Shown here in pieces: positions 10,945 to 24,434 of a stretch of DNA of 64,000 nucleotides; the first letter of the stretch is position 1, and each line of letters opens with the position of its first letter. The notes under the pieces were generated by a model, which worked only from the letters and a program-made list of their open reading frames with translations, did not search any database and was not told the DNA's origin. The stretch is taken from NCBI GenBank assembly GCA_963760625.1, contig CAVXDU010000004.1, positions 66,050 to 130,049 of the forward strand, given 5' to 3'. Both the position numbers and the translations under genes were made by a program. This DNA is from an uncultured Chloroflexia bacterium (GTDB taxonomy: Bacteria > Chloroflexota > Limnocylindria > Limnocylindrales > CSP1-4).

Positions 10945-12168
10945 ATGAGTGCTGAGCAGATGGCGCCGCCGGTCCCGAGTGCGCCGACAGCGCCGGCTCC
11001 AGGCACCCACGCCTCGCGCGGCGCTGGTCGTACTCACGGTCGTGGCGCTCGTGTTCGTGGGCCTGCAGGTCATGGACGTGCTCACGCCATTCGTGCTGGG
11101 CATGCTGCTCATCTATCTGCTGGCACCATCGGTCGACCGCCTCGCACGCATCCCGATGGGGAAGCGGACGATCCCGCGCTGGGCGGCCATCCTGATCGCT
11201 GTATCTCATCATCGTGGTCGTGCTGGCCATCGGCGTCCTGCTCGTGGTGCGGCCGATGAGCGACCAGCTGCAGCGCTTCGGCGACGAGCTGCCACGGATG
11301 CTGGACAGCCTCCGGACCTGGTACGCGGGCCTGTCGCTGCCGGACTGGCTGCGGACTGCCGTCGACCACGTCACTGGGGCGGTCGGGTCGACCTCCGTGG
11401 ATGAGTCGGGGACGGGCCCTGACCTCGGTTCGTTGCTGCCCCTGGCGCGAAGCCTCGCGACCACGCTCGTGAGCACCTTCGGCTATCTCATCATCCCGGT
11501 CTGGGCGTTCTACGTGCTCAAGGACCTCGGCCGGCTGCGAGGAGCGTTCGTGCAGGCGCTCCCGACCGGCTGGCGTCGCGACACTCTCGCTGTCATGGGC
11601 ATCGTGGACCACACGATGGGCCGCTGGATCCGCGGACAGCTGTTCCTGGGCCTGGTGGTGGGCGTGGCGACGTTCCTGGGCCTGCTGCTCCTGGGAGCCC
11701 TGGTCGACCCGATGTTCCTCACGTTCGCGGTGCTGCTCGCCGTCATCGCTGGCTTCCTGGAGCTGGTGCCCATCATCGGACCCATCCTGTCCATGATCCC
11801 GACCCTGGTGCTGTCGCTCACGGCGCGGGACCCGGTCGGCGGCCGCCATCGCGGTGGTCGTCCTGTACCTCGTGGTCCAGCAGGTGGAGAACCACGTCCT
11901 GGTGCCCCAGATCCAGGGCGATGCGGTGGAGCTGCACCCATCCATCGTCATCCTGTCCCTCATCGTCGGCAGCGCGCTGTTCGGGCTGCTGGGTGCCATC
12001 CTGTCGGTTCCCGTCACGGCGGCTGGACGGGATATCTATCGTTATCTCTTCCGTCGCTTGAGCGAGGATGATCCGGACGTACCCGATCCGGACGCTCCCG
12101 ACCTGGCCCGGAAGACCGGCCGCATGCCGCGGCCGGTCGAACCTGGCGACGACCGCGCCGGCCGATGA
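10945..12168 (+). CDS. AI-2E family transporter (PerM/UPF0118-like membrane protein); about 2-3 frame breaks; start approximate
   Basis: LTPFVLGMLLIYLLAPSVD, GYLIIPVWAFYVLKD, GQLFLGLVVGVATFLGLLLLG, FLELVPIIGPILSMIP, VVQQVENHVLVPQIQG. Confidence 0.75.
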
Positions 12169-12226
12169 CCTGTCCGCCGGGACCGGACGCGGATCGATAT
12201 GGTGACAGCACGGAGGCGGCGGCGTC

Positions 12227-12728
12227 GTGGTGATCGGTCGGAAGAACTACTACCAGATCCTGATGGTGGACCAGACCGCGGACGCGGACATCCTGGCCGT
12301 CGTTCATCGACGACTGGCCCAGCGGTATCACCCGGACATGGATCCGGGCGAGGATGCCACGCCAGCGGATGCTCGAGATCAACCAGGCGTACGACGTGCT
12401 TCGCAACCCGGAGCGGCGGGCCCGCTACGACCAGGAGCTCGCGTCGCGCCGTGACCGACGCAACAGCGACCGGTACGTCAAGCGACCGACCGACCCGGGC
12501 CCCATCAGCACCGGCGCGAGCGCCATGACGCGCGGCGAGCGTGCCTATGGCGAGGCCGGTCCACCTCCGCGCGGCGTCGCCCGCGGCTCGGTCCTGGACT
12601 TCGGCCGCTACAAGGGCTGGTCGCTGGGCCAGGTCGCGGCCCACGATCCGGACTTCCTGGAGTGGCTGGAGCGGTCGCCCGGCGGTCGCCAGTACCGGGC
12701 GGAGATCGCGGCGCTGCTCAAGCGCTGA
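12227..12728 (+). CDS. J-domain protein with a C-terminal FGxYKG...DPxFLxWL (DUF3820/ExoX-C-like) motif; one frame break about 12350
   Basis: NYYQILMVDQTADADILAVVHRRLAQRYHPD (HPD motif), EINQAYDVLRNPERRARYD, then LDFGRYKGWSLGQVAAHDPDFLEWLERSP. Confidence 0.7.
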
Positions 12729-12786
12729 GAACGGGCGACGCGGGCGAACGACGCCTCGACGCCCCGGCATCACCTCCGCCGAGCGG

Positions 12787-13945
12787 TCAGCCGCCGGGTC
12801 TGCCCTGACGCATGGCGATGCTCTCGAGGATGCCCAGGCCCAAGCGCGAGGCTGACGAGCGACGCGCCGCCGTGGGTGATGAACGGCAGCGGGATGCCCG
12901 TGATGGGCATCACGCCCAGGACCATGCCGACGTTGACCAGCATCTGGAACAGCAGCAGACCGGCCATGCCACCCGCGAAGGCGAGGCCGAACGGGTCGCG
13001 GCGACCGCCAGCCGATGACCAGGACCCGCCAGATGAGCAGCGTGAACAGCAGCAGCACCACCGCGCCGCCCAGGAATCCGAGCTCCTCGCCGACGCGCGA
13101 GAACACGAAGTCGGTGGAGTTGACGGGCAGGTAGTCCGCGCCCGTCGGTGCCGTTGGTCAGGCCCCGGCCGAACGACCCCGCCGGAGCTGACGGCGATCT
13201 GCGACTGGAGCAGCTGGTAGCCCGAGCCCTGTGGGTCGGCGCTCGGGTCCAGGAACGCGACGAGTCGTTCCTTCTGGTAGTCCTTGAGGATCTCCGACCA
13301 CGCGAACGGGATGAACGCGAGGATCGCAGGACCACGCCGACTGCCCAGCCAGCGAAGGCTGGCGCCGGAGACGAACAAGGCGCCGAACAGGATCGCGCCC
13401 GATGACCAGCGAGGTGCCCAGGTCCGGCTGGATGAGCACCAGCATGAGCGGCGGACCAGCCAGCAGCACGGCACCCACGATGGTCCACAGGCTGGTGATC
13501 CGTGCCTGGTGGTTGGCGATCCAGGTGGCCAGCACGATGGCCATCAGGACCTTGGCCACCTCCGAGAACTGGAACTGGAGTCCCAGGATGGTCGACCCAG
13601 CGCGAGACGCCACCGATGCCGGTGCCCATGGCGAGGGTCAGCAGCAGCAGACCCGATGTTGATGAGGTACAGCAGCCACGAGAACGTCCGCGACCAGCGG
13701 TAGTCGAGGGCCGCGGACAGGGTGAAGACCATGAGCGCGATGGCCAGCCACATCAGCCCGCGGGTGAACAGCGAGCCACCCGCGAGGGGCGTGTCACCGC
13801 TGTTGGTGAACGCCATCAGCAGCCCGATGACGACCAGCGCAAGGGCATAGACCGCCAGCTGCAGGTCGAACACCGACCACACGTTGCCGATGGCCCTCGG
13901 CGTGAACGCCGCGAGCCTGGCCGGGTGGAGACGAAGCGTACCCAT
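12787..13945 (-). CDS. rodA: Rod shape-determining protein RodA (SEDS family); many frame breaks
   Basis: N-terminus VFDLQLAVYALALVVIGLLMAF; C-terminus LLLFQMLVNVGMVLGVMPITGIPLPFITHGGASLVSLALGLGILESIA. Confidence 0.85.
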
Positions 13946-13948
13946 CGG

Positions 13949-15883
13949 CTACTGCCCGTAGAAGTTGTCGCGGACCAGCAGGTCGCGGTTACGGTAGTCC
14001 TTCTTGACGCCGTAGTGGAGCTGCAGGAAGTACTTCGCGATCTCGGTGGCCGCGTTGCCGCGCGTCCGGGAGTCGAAGGCGAAGGCGAGGAACGCGAGCT
14101 GCGAGTCGGTCCGTCGAACGGCCTCGAAGCCATTGGGGTCGCTGGCCTTCTTGCGCGCGTCCTTGGGCGTGAAGCCCACGAACCAGGAGTGGAACGGCAG
14201 GCGGCCGAGGCTGTCGCGGACGCTGTACTCGGCCGTGCCGGACTTGCCCGCGACGACGACGGGCAGGTCCACGAAGTTGTAGGTGTGGCGGACGACCAGC
14301 ACGTTGCGGGCCGCGACGCGCATCACGCGCAGCACCGAGGCGTCGATGGGCAGCTTGCGGGTGACCTCGGGCTTGATGGTCTTGATGACCTTGCCCTAGC
14401 TGTCGCAGCAGCTTGCGCACGATCTGCGGCCGATACAGGGTGCCGCCATTGGCGAGCGCCGCAGTAGGCGCGTGATGAGCTGGATGGGCGTGACCATGTC
14501 ATAGCCCTGGCCGATGCCCGCCTGGGCGGTCTCGCCGGGATAGATGTGCTGCGAGAACACCCGCTGCTTCCAGTCGTTGGTGGGCACCGTGCCCGATCGT
14601 CTCACCGGGCAGGTCGATGCCCGTCTTGCGGCCAAAGCCCAGGGTGTGCGCCCAGATAGCCCAGCCGGTCGATGCCCAGCTTGAGCGCCACCTGGTAGAA
14701 GAATGTGTCGCTGGAGTGGGCGAACCCGTTGTAGATGTTGATGGGCCCCCAGCCGTAGATGCTCCAGTCGTGCATCTTGGTGCCCGCAACGGTGATGAAG
14801 GCCTTGGTCATCAGCCGCGTCTGGGGCGTGATCCTGCGGTCCTGGAGCGCACCCAGGCCGGTCACCAGCTTGTACGTCGAGCCGGGCGGCAGCTGCTCGC
14901 TGATGGCCAGGTTGAGCAGCGGCTTGCGGGGATCGCGCAGGAGCCTGCGGTACTCCGCTGCCGGTGATGCCGTCGGCGAAGTCGTTGTCGTCGTAGGTCG
15001 GCAGCGAGACCATGGCCAGGATCTCGCCGTTCTGGGGGTTCATGACGATGAACACGCCCCGCTTGAGCCCGGCAGCGTTCATGCCCCACTTGAGCGCCTT
15101 CTCGGCCTCGCGCTGGATGTCGAGGTCGATGGTCAGCTCCAGCGAGGCGCCCGCCTCCGGTTCCTTGAGCGTGCGCAGCACGCTCACGACGCGCCCGGTT
15201 GCGTCCCGCTGGACCTCCTGGACGCCGTACTGGCCACGCAGCTCGCGCTCGAACGTGGCCTCGACTCCCTGCTTGCCGATGGTGTCGTCCAGCAGGTAGC
15301 CGTCGCCGCGAAGCAGCCCGGTATTCGTCCGCGGAGACGTGGCCGGTCCAGCCCAGGATGTGGGCCACGAGCGGGCCGTACAGGTAGTGCCGCCGGGCGA
15401 TCACGTCGACGGTGACGCCGGGCAACCCGAGGTGCTCCTCGGCGATCACCCGCGCGACCCGGGTGGGCACCTCCTCCGCGACGATGATCGGATCGTAGGG
15501 CGAGCCGACGCTGCGGTCGATGTCCTCGATAGATGTAGGCCGCTGGCTTGTCCAGGAGCTTCGCAAGCCGGTCCACGACCGCGTCGCGCATCGGGAACGG
15601 GATCTCGCCTGGACGCACCCGGACCACGAAGATGGGCACGTTCTCGACCAGCTGCCGACCCTTCCGGTCGTAGATCGAGGCCGCGCGTGACGGGCACGGA
15701 CTGGGTGCCCTGCCGCTGCTGCGACGGCAAGGCTCTGGTATCGGTCGGTGTCCGTCACGGTCAGCTGGAACAAACGAATGCCTAGGGCGGTGACCACGAT
15801 GATGACGTGCGATGCCGAACACCAGGAACCGGCGCCACAGACGACGGGCCGGCGGCGGCTTCGCGTCGCCCGGGGTCGCTCAT
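13949..15883 (-). CDS. mrdA: Penicillin-binding protein 2 (elongation transpeptidase); many frame breaks
   Basis: Dimerisation region RGxIYDRKGRQLVENVP, SxxK as PPGSTYKL, HSSDTFFY, KSG box VVAGKSGTAEY. Confidence 0.85.
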
Positions 15884-15903
15884 GAGTGAGGTGCCACGGC
15901 GGC

Positions 15904-16411
15904 TCACCAGTCGGTCCGCTCCGACGAACCGAAGCGCAAGGTCAGGGACCTGACGACCCACGCGGTCACCGCGGCGATGACGGCGGCCACGATCGGCCGA
16001 GATGGTCAATGACGTGGGCTGCGGACTCGGGATGCCGATGCCCGCCGTGAGGGCCAGCAGGGCGATGAGCAGCACCTGGTACAGCCACGACAACGCCGAA
16101 TGCGGTGGCCGCGATGACGATGATGCCGCGGCGGCTCGGTCACGCGGGCGACCAGCAGAGCACACGCCGATGGCGACCAGCAGCACCAGCGTCGTGGCAC
16201 CCAGGGCGCGTTCCGGCAGCAGCATGTCCAGCATCACGCCTCCCAGGAACGCCCAGATCATGCCGGCCTCGAAGCCGGCGACCATCGCGACGCCGACGCC
16301 CATCGCCAGCACCAGCTCCGGGGTCACCCCGCCGAGCTGCAGCTGCGACAGGACGCTGACTTCCAGGATGGCTGCGATGATCGCCCCGACGGCTGCGCTG
16401 AGGAGGCCCAT
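15904..16411 (-). CDS. mreD: Probable rod shape-determining protein MreD; frame breaks
   Basis: Small polytopic membrane protein (MGLLSAAVGAIIAAILEVSVLSQLQLGGVTPELVLAMGVGVAMVAGFEAGMIWAFLGGVMLDML) directly upstream of mrdA. Assigned mainly from position and topology. Confidence 0.55.
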
Positions 16412-16540
16412 GTGCGTGCTCCCAGCCCCCGATCCATGGCGTTGCGTCGACCGTGCCGAGGCGCTCCTGAGGCCCGGCACGAGCGATAGCCGAGTATACC
16501 CGAGGGACCTCCGGCGACCAACCACCGGACCTCGCGCGAG

Positions 16541-16943
16541 TCAGGGGTACGTGGCCCGCATCTGCTGGTATCGATGCCAGGCGCGGGCATCGAGCTCCGG
16601 CGTCAGGTCCGCGCTCGAGGATGGGTATCAGCCGCTCGCGCAGGAACGCGCCGCGGGCCATCCACTGGTAGTAGCGACGTCCGGAGTGATCGTATGGGCC
16701 GTACAGCCGGCTGTCCGGGAAACCGGACCATCGAGCCACCGGAACAGCGCCTCGTGGTCGACGTGCATCCGCAGGGTCACCTGCGGCTGCCGGCCGTCAC
16801 CGCCGAAATGGCCCTCCCCCACGAGGATGCCCGACCAGGAAGCCGGCGTCGAAGTCACTGAGGTCCGTGGGGCGGCGCCGGGGTCGGGCTCGGTCGCGTC
16901 CGGGGCTGCCACCGCCTGCGGCGCCGGTCGGCGTGCGTGCCAT
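16541..16943 (-). CDS. Small LAGLIDADG-like (homing-endonuclease-fold) protein, free-standing; about 3 frame segments
   Basis: Stitched reading: MARTPTGAAG...LSDFDAGFLVG / ILVGEGHFGGDGRQPQVTLRMHVDHEALFRWLDG / SGFPDSRLYGPYDHSGRRYYQWMARGAFLRERLIPIL / SSADLTPELDARAWHRYQQMRATYP. This resembles the (W)LAGFxxGEGxF ... Y.W.v.g ... L.P.L pattern. Confidence 0.4.
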
Positions 16944-16982
16944 GCGGTCCCCGGGATTGGTTCAGTGCGGCCGATCGCGGGT

Positions 16983-17011
16983 TGTTTCACCGTAAGGTAC
17001 CACGTGAAACG
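16983..17011. promoter_or_regulatory. parS-like centromere element: half-site TGTTTCAC plus GGTACCACGTGAAACG (12/16 to TGTTNCACGTGAAACA)
   Basis: The inverted arms GTTTCAC/GTGAAAC are separated by 13 nt, about 160 nt upstream of parA. Confidence 0.45.
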
Positions 17012-17167
17012 ATCGTCTGCCAGGATCGGTCGCGGTACGCGTCCGATAGAGAGGTCGGCGGCCAGCACATCGGTGCATCGTGCGGCCCGCTGGTCGACGG
17101 CACGGCGGGAGATGCGTGATCCGGCTAGAATCAAGCACACGTGGAACAGCACCGGCAGGGCTCCTGA

Positions 17168-17990
17168 ATGGGCGAGATCATCGCCTGTGCGAACCAGAAG
17201 GGCGGGGTCGGCAAGACCACGACGGTGGTCAACCTGGCCAGCTATCTCGCCCGGTCCGGACGCCGGGTCCTCATCGTCGATCTCGACCCGCAGGGCAACG
17301 CCACCAGTGGGGTCGGCCTGGGGAGCCACGCGGTCGATCGTTCCATCTACCCGGTCCTGGTTGGCAGCGGCAACCTGCAGGACCTGATCGTGGACAGCCG
17401 CCATCGAGGGCCTGTCCATCATCCCGTCGTCTCGCGACCTTGCCGGCGCCGAAGTCGAGCTCGTGTCCCTCCTGGGGCGGGAGCGTCGACTGGCCAAGGC
17501 CCTTGCGCCCGTTCGCGACGACTTCGACTACGTGCTGCTGGACTGCCCTCCGTCGCTGGGTCTGCTCACGGTGAACGCCCTGACCGCCGCCGACAGCGTC
17601 CTCATCCCCATCCAGTGCGAGTACTACGCGCTCGAAGGCCTGGGACAGCTGTTGTCCACGATCGAGCTCGTCCGCGCGCACCTCAACCCCGAGCTGGCCA
17701 TCAAGGGCGTCGTGATGACGATGTTCGATGCCCGGACCACCCTGTCCGCGGATGTCAGCGCCGAGGTCCGACGGCACCTCGGTGACCAGGTGTTCCAGAC
17801 ACAGATCCCGCGGAGCGTGCGGCTTGCGGAGGCACCCAGCTACGGCCGTCCCATCTCCGAGTACAGCCCGGCGTCACGCGGCGCACAGGCGTATGCCGCG
17901 CTCGCGGCGGAGCTCCTGGCGCGCGATGGTGGGGCCATCCCCGCGGCCTTGACGCAACCGGACGTGCCGCGCCACCCGCCTGGGCGACCC
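17168..17990 (+). CDS. parA: Chromosome partitioning ATPase ParA/Soj; one frame break about 17400; 3' end uncertain
   Basis: [21 protein letters not shown] (deviant Walker A), [62 protein letters not shown]. Confidence 0.9.
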
Positions 17991-17994
17991 GCGC

Positions 17995-18862
17995 ATGACC
18001 ACCGACACCGGCCGCACCCACGGCGGCCTCGGCCGAGGGCTCGCGTCGCTCATCCCGAGCACCACCGGGCGCCGCCAGCCCGCGAGATCGAGATCGTCCG
18101 CATCGTCGCCAACCCGTAGCAGCCCCGCGTGCCGACTTCGAGGAGGAGGAGCTGGCAGACGCTCGCGGCCAGCATCGCGCCAGCACGGCGTCTCCAGCCG
18201 GTCCTGCTCACGGAAGTGGCGGACGGCTACCAGCTCATCGCCGGCGAACGGCGGCTGCGGGCATCGGTGCTGGCCGGCAAGCGGACCATCCCCGCCGTCG
18301 TCCGCACCGCCGACGAGCAGTCGCAGCTGTCGCTGGCGCTCGTCGAGAACCTCCAGCGGTCCGATCTCAACGCGCTGGACGAGGCTCGCGCCTTCCGCCA
18401 GCTGATCGACGAGTTCGGGCTGACCCAGGAGCAGGTCGCCCACCGGGTCGGTCGCTCCCGGGCGGCCGTGGCCAACACCATGCGGCTGCTCACGGTCGCC
18501 CAGCAGGTGCAGGATGCCGTCCGCGCCGGCCGCATCAGCGAGGGTCACGCCCGGGCCCTTGCGGCCCTCGACGGATCACGGCCAGCAGGAGCAGGCATTG
18601 CGGCTGGTGGAGCGCAAGGGGCTTGTCCGTACGCCAGACCGAGCGGCTGGTCAAGGACGGGCTCGCCATCGTCGGCGCCCGCCGCCTCGCCCGTCGCGTC
18701 GGACCACGATGCCGACCTGGAGCACATGACCGCGCGGCTCCGGGATGCGCTCGGCACCCGTGTCACCTTGACACCCGGCAAGCGGGGAGGTCGGATCATC
18801 ATCACCTGGTTCGAGGCAGATGACCTGATGCGCTTGTTCGAGCGCCTGGCGGGAGGGGAGCG

Positions 18863-18866
<4 letters not shown>
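17995..18866 (+). CDS. parB: Chromosome partitioning protein ParB/Spo0J; several frame breaks and an in-frame TAG (18117-18119) where the conserved Tyr of NPYQPR is expected
   Basis: [86 protein letters not shown]. Confidence 0.9.
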
Positions 18867-20846
<1,980 letters not shown>

Positions 20847-20847
20847 G

Positions 20848-21819
20848 GTGTCGCTCCAGGCGACCGCGTTCGTGGCGGAGCGCCTGCCGGCTGCGCACGG
20901 CGCTGGGCGTGTCGCTCGCCGACCTGGTCACCCAGCCCGATGCATTCGTGGCCGCGCTCACCGCCGGCCTGACGAGGCCTGGCCGACGCCACCTACACCA
21001 CCGAGCAGGAGCGCGTGGCGCCCGGATCCGGGCTCACCATCGGCGTCCGCTGGCCGCTCGATCCACGAGATCGAGCGGCAGCCTGCGGCCGGCCATCGCG
21101 GAGACATCGTCGTCGCTGGTGCTGGACCTGGCCCCGCGATTGTCAGGCGCGCCGTCCCGGGAGGTGCGCCTGTTCGCGCTGCCCTGCCTGCGACGAAGCC
21201 TGCGTGACGACCCGGAACGCTCATGGCAGCTGCTTCGCCGCATCGCCCGAGCCGCTCACGACTGGATCACGGTGGACTCGCTCGCCGAGGTCTATGCCCG
21301 GGGCATCCTTGCCGAGTCCTTCCGCTGGGCGGAGCTGGAGCAGCTGGTCTACTCCGACCAGCGCATGGAGCGACGGCTCGTCGGGTCCACGCTCGCCCGG
21401 ATGCCCTACGAGGTCCCCGCCAGCGCGCGCGACGAGCTGGACGTGCAGGCGGCCCTCGCGCTCATCGGCCAGCTCATGGGCGATGCCGACGACCAGGTCC
21501 AGAAGTCGCTGTCGTGGGCGCTCCGGACGTGGAGCCGGGTCGATGCCCCCGCGGTCGCCGGGTTCCTGTGGGAACAGGCCGACATCGCGGTCGCGCGACG
21601 ACGACGGCCATCGCGCGTGGGTCATCCGCGACGCCGGGCAGCACCAGCCGGCCGGAGGTCGTCAGCGCCCTGCGCGATCGGGTCGCGGGCATCCGCAAGC
21701 GTCCCGGCGGCCCATCCACCAGCACCGCCGCCGCGGTCGCCGCCACGTTCGGCGTCGCCGCGATGGCTGACCAGGCGATCGCCCAGCAGGGTGACCGCTA
21801 CGCACGGAGTCGCGCATGA
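20848..21819 (+). CDS. HEAT-repeat DNA alkylation repair (AlkD-like, PF08713-type) protein; several frame breaks
   Basis: GTG 1 nt after the gyrB stop; its stop overlaps the gyrA ATG (ATGA). [78 protein letters not shown]. Family call is by pattern recognition only. Confidence 0.5.
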
Positions 21820-24386
21820 CCGACGCCATCGACCAGCGGATCAGGCCCGTGCCCATCGAGGACGAGCTGCGGAGCGCGTACCTCGACTACGCCATGAGCG
21901 TCATCGTCAGCCGCGCGCTGCCGGACGTGCGCGACGGTCTCAAGCCGGTCCATCGACGCGTGCTGTACACGATGCACGAGATGGGCCTCAGCTCCACCGC
22001 GAGCTATCGCAAGTGCGCCGCGATCGTGGGCGAGGTGATGGGCAAGTACCACCCGCACGGCGACCTGTCGCTGTACGACGCGCTGGTGCGCCTCGCCCAG
22101 GACTTCTCGCTGCGCTACCCGCTGGTCGATGGCCAGGGCAACTTCGGCTCCGTCGACGGCGACCCGCCGGCGGCGATGCGCTACACGGAAGCGCGCATGA
22201 CGGCGATCGCGTCGGAGCTGCTGGCGGACATCGACAAGGACACCGTCGAGTTCGTGGAGAACTACGACGGGTCCCGGATGCAGCCGTCGGTGCTGCCCGC
22301 CAAGCTGCCGAACCTGCTCATCAACGGCTCCGCGGGCATCGCGGTGGGCATGGCCACCAACATCCCGCCCCACCACCTGGGCGAGATCACGCGGGCCACG
22401 AACGCGCTCATCGAGGATCCCGACCTCACCTCGGACCAGCTGTGCGAGTACGTCCTGGGCCCGGACTTCCCGACCGCGCGCCACGATCTTCCGCTTCGAG
22501 GAGCGGCGCAACCCCATCACCGGCCAGCGCGAGCGCATCGACGCCATCCGGGACATGTACGCCCACGGTCGCGGCCGGGTCGTGATGCGTGCCCAGTGCG
22601 CCTTCGAGGAGACGCGCGCCAGGCACGGATGGCCATCGTGGTCACGGAGCTGCCCTACCAGGTCAACAAGGCCGCCCTGGTGGAGAAGATCGCGGAGCTG
22701 GTCAAGGGCGGCAAGGTCGACGGCATCAGCGGGCTCCAGGACGAGTCCAGCCGCGATGGCATGCGCATGGTCATCGAGTGCAAGCGGGACTCGAACCCCC
22801 ACAAGGTGCTCAACAACCTGTTCAAGCACACGGCCCTCCAGATGGCCTTCAACGCCAACATCGTGGCGCTCGTCGACGGCCAGCCCCAGACGCTGCCGCT
22901 CAAGGCGATCCTCCAGCACCACATCGACTGGCGCCGCGAGGTCATCGTCAAGCGCACCGAGTACGACCTGCAGAAGGCACGCGACCGGGCCCACATCCTC
23001 GAAGGGCTCAAGGTCGCGCTGGACAACCTCGACGAGGTCATCGCGACCATCCGCGCGGCCGCGGACGTGGACGACGCCCGAGCTGCCCTCATGAGCCGCT
23101 TCGGGCTGTCCGAGATCCAGGCCAACGCCATCCTCGAGATGCAGCTGCGGCGCCTCGCAGCGCTCGAGCGCAAGAAGATCGAGGACGAGTACGTCGCCAT
23201 CATCCAGCTCATCGGCGAGCTGGAGGACATCCTCGCCAATCCCCGGCGGGTGCTGGACATCATCAAGGCCGAGAACGACGAGCTGGAGCGCAAGTACGCC
23301 GGTCCGCGGCGGACGCGCATCGCCGAGGACGCCTCGCGGGAGCTCTCTGACGAGGACCTCATCGCCGACGAGGACGTGGTCATCACGGTCTCCGGCCGCG
23401 GCTACATCAAGCGCCAACCGCTGGTCACGTACCGGCGCCAGGCACGCGGCGGCAAGGGCATCATCGGCGCCCGGACCGTCGAGGAGGACGCGGTCGGCCA
23501 TCTGCTGGTCGCCAACACCCACGACTGGGCGCTGTTCTTCACCGACCGTGGTCGGGTGTTCAGCTCCAAGGTCCACGCCATCCCGGACGCCAGCCGCCAG
23601 GCCAAGGGCGTGCCCATCATCAACCTCGAGGGTGTCCAGGTGGAGGCCGGCGAGCGGGTGCTCGCGGTCATCACGCCTGCCCAACTTCGAGAAGGGCGAC
23701 AACCTGGTCATGGCCACCCAGCCGGGCATCATCAAGAAGACGCCCGTGGAGCAGTTCGAACGTGTCCGTTCGACCGGCATCCGGGCCATCACCGTGGCCG
23801 AGGACGATGCGCTCGCGTGGGTCGGCGTCTCGTCCGGGCGAGGACGACGTCGTGCTCGCCACGGCGCAGGGCCGGATCGCGCGCTTCCACGAGGACGAGG
23901 TCCGGCCGATGGGTCGCGATGCCGCGGGTGTCATCGGCATCCGGCTCGCCCGCAAGGGCGACCAGGTCGTGGGCATGGGCGTGGTCGGGCCCGAGCCGAC
24001 CTGCTGGTGCTGACCGAGACGGGACGTGGCAAGCGGACACCCTTCGGGAGCTTCATGACCAAGCACCGCGGCGGCCAGGGAGTCCGGCTCATCGCGCTCG
24101 AGGGGCTCAAGACCGGCAAGGTCGCGGCCGTGGAGCTGGTCACGGAGACGGACGAGGAGCTGCTGCTCATCAGCGCCAGCGGCCAGGTCGTGCGCACCGA
24201 TGTCCAGAGCGTCAGCCGCACAGCAGCGGCGCTCGCGGCGTCATCGTGATGCGCCTGCACGAGGGCGACACGGTGGCGGGCATCGCGGTCTTCCGGGCCG
24301 GGCTGGCAGAGCAGCGCGGCATCGACCAGAATGATCCGGCCGGGTCGGTCGCCGACGGGCCCGGTGGTGACGGGACACCTGCTTGA
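21816..24386 (+). CDS. gyrA: DNA gyrase subunit A; several frame breaks
   Basis: [56 protein letters not shown] (active-site Tyr), [20 protein letters not shown], and C-terminal beta-pinwheel repeats. Confidence 0.95.
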   Translation: MTDAIDQRIRPVPIEDELRSAYLDYAMSVIVSRALPDVRDGLKPVHRRVLYTMHEMGLSSTASYRKCAAIVGEVMGKYHPHGDLSLYDALVRLAQDFSLRYPLVDGQGNFGSVDGDPPAAMRYTEARMTAIASELLADIDKDTVEFVENYDGSRMQPSVLPAKLPNLLINGSAGIAVGMATNIPPHHLGEITRATNALIEDPDLTSDQLCEYVLGPDFPTARHDLPLRGAAQPHHRPARAHRRHPGHVRPRSRPGRDACPVRLRGDARQARMAIVVTELPYQVNKAALVEKIAELVKGGKVDGISGLQDESSRDGMRMVIECKRDSNPHKVLNNLFKHTALQMAFNANIVALVDGQPQTLPLKAILQHHIDWRREVIVKRTEYDLQKARDRAHILEGLKVALDNLDEVIATIRAAADVDDARAALMSRFGLSEIQANAILEMQLRRLAALERKKIEDEYVAIIQLIGELEDILANPRRVLDIIKAENDELERKYAGPRRTRIAEDASRELSDEDLIADEDVVITVSGRGYIKRQPLVTYRRQARGGKGIIGARTVEEDAVGHLLVANTHDWALFFTDRGRVFSSKVHAIPDASRQAKGVPIINLEGVQVEAGERVLAVITPAQLREGRQPGHGHPAGHHQEDARGAVRTCPFDRHPGHHRGRGRCARVGRRLVRARTTSCSPRRRAGSRASTRTRSGRWVAMPRVSSASGSPARATRSWAWAWSGPSRPAGADRDGTWQADTLRELHDQAPRRPGSPAHRARGAQDRQGRGRGAGHGDGRGAAAHQRQRPGRAHRCPERQPHSSGARGVIVMRLHEGDTVAGIAVFRAGLAEQRGIDQNDPAGSVADGPGGDGTPA

Positions 24387-24434
24387 CGGCACAGCCAATG
24401 GAGAGCAGCCGCGTGACGTCGTTCGGGTTCGACT

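Noticed and set aside
21798-23792. 664-aa ORF on the minus strand
   Set aside because: It lies entirely antisense to gyrA and has a repetitive Arg/Asp/Val/Gly-rich composition with no motifs. This is the usual stop-poor antisense frame of a very GC-rich gene.
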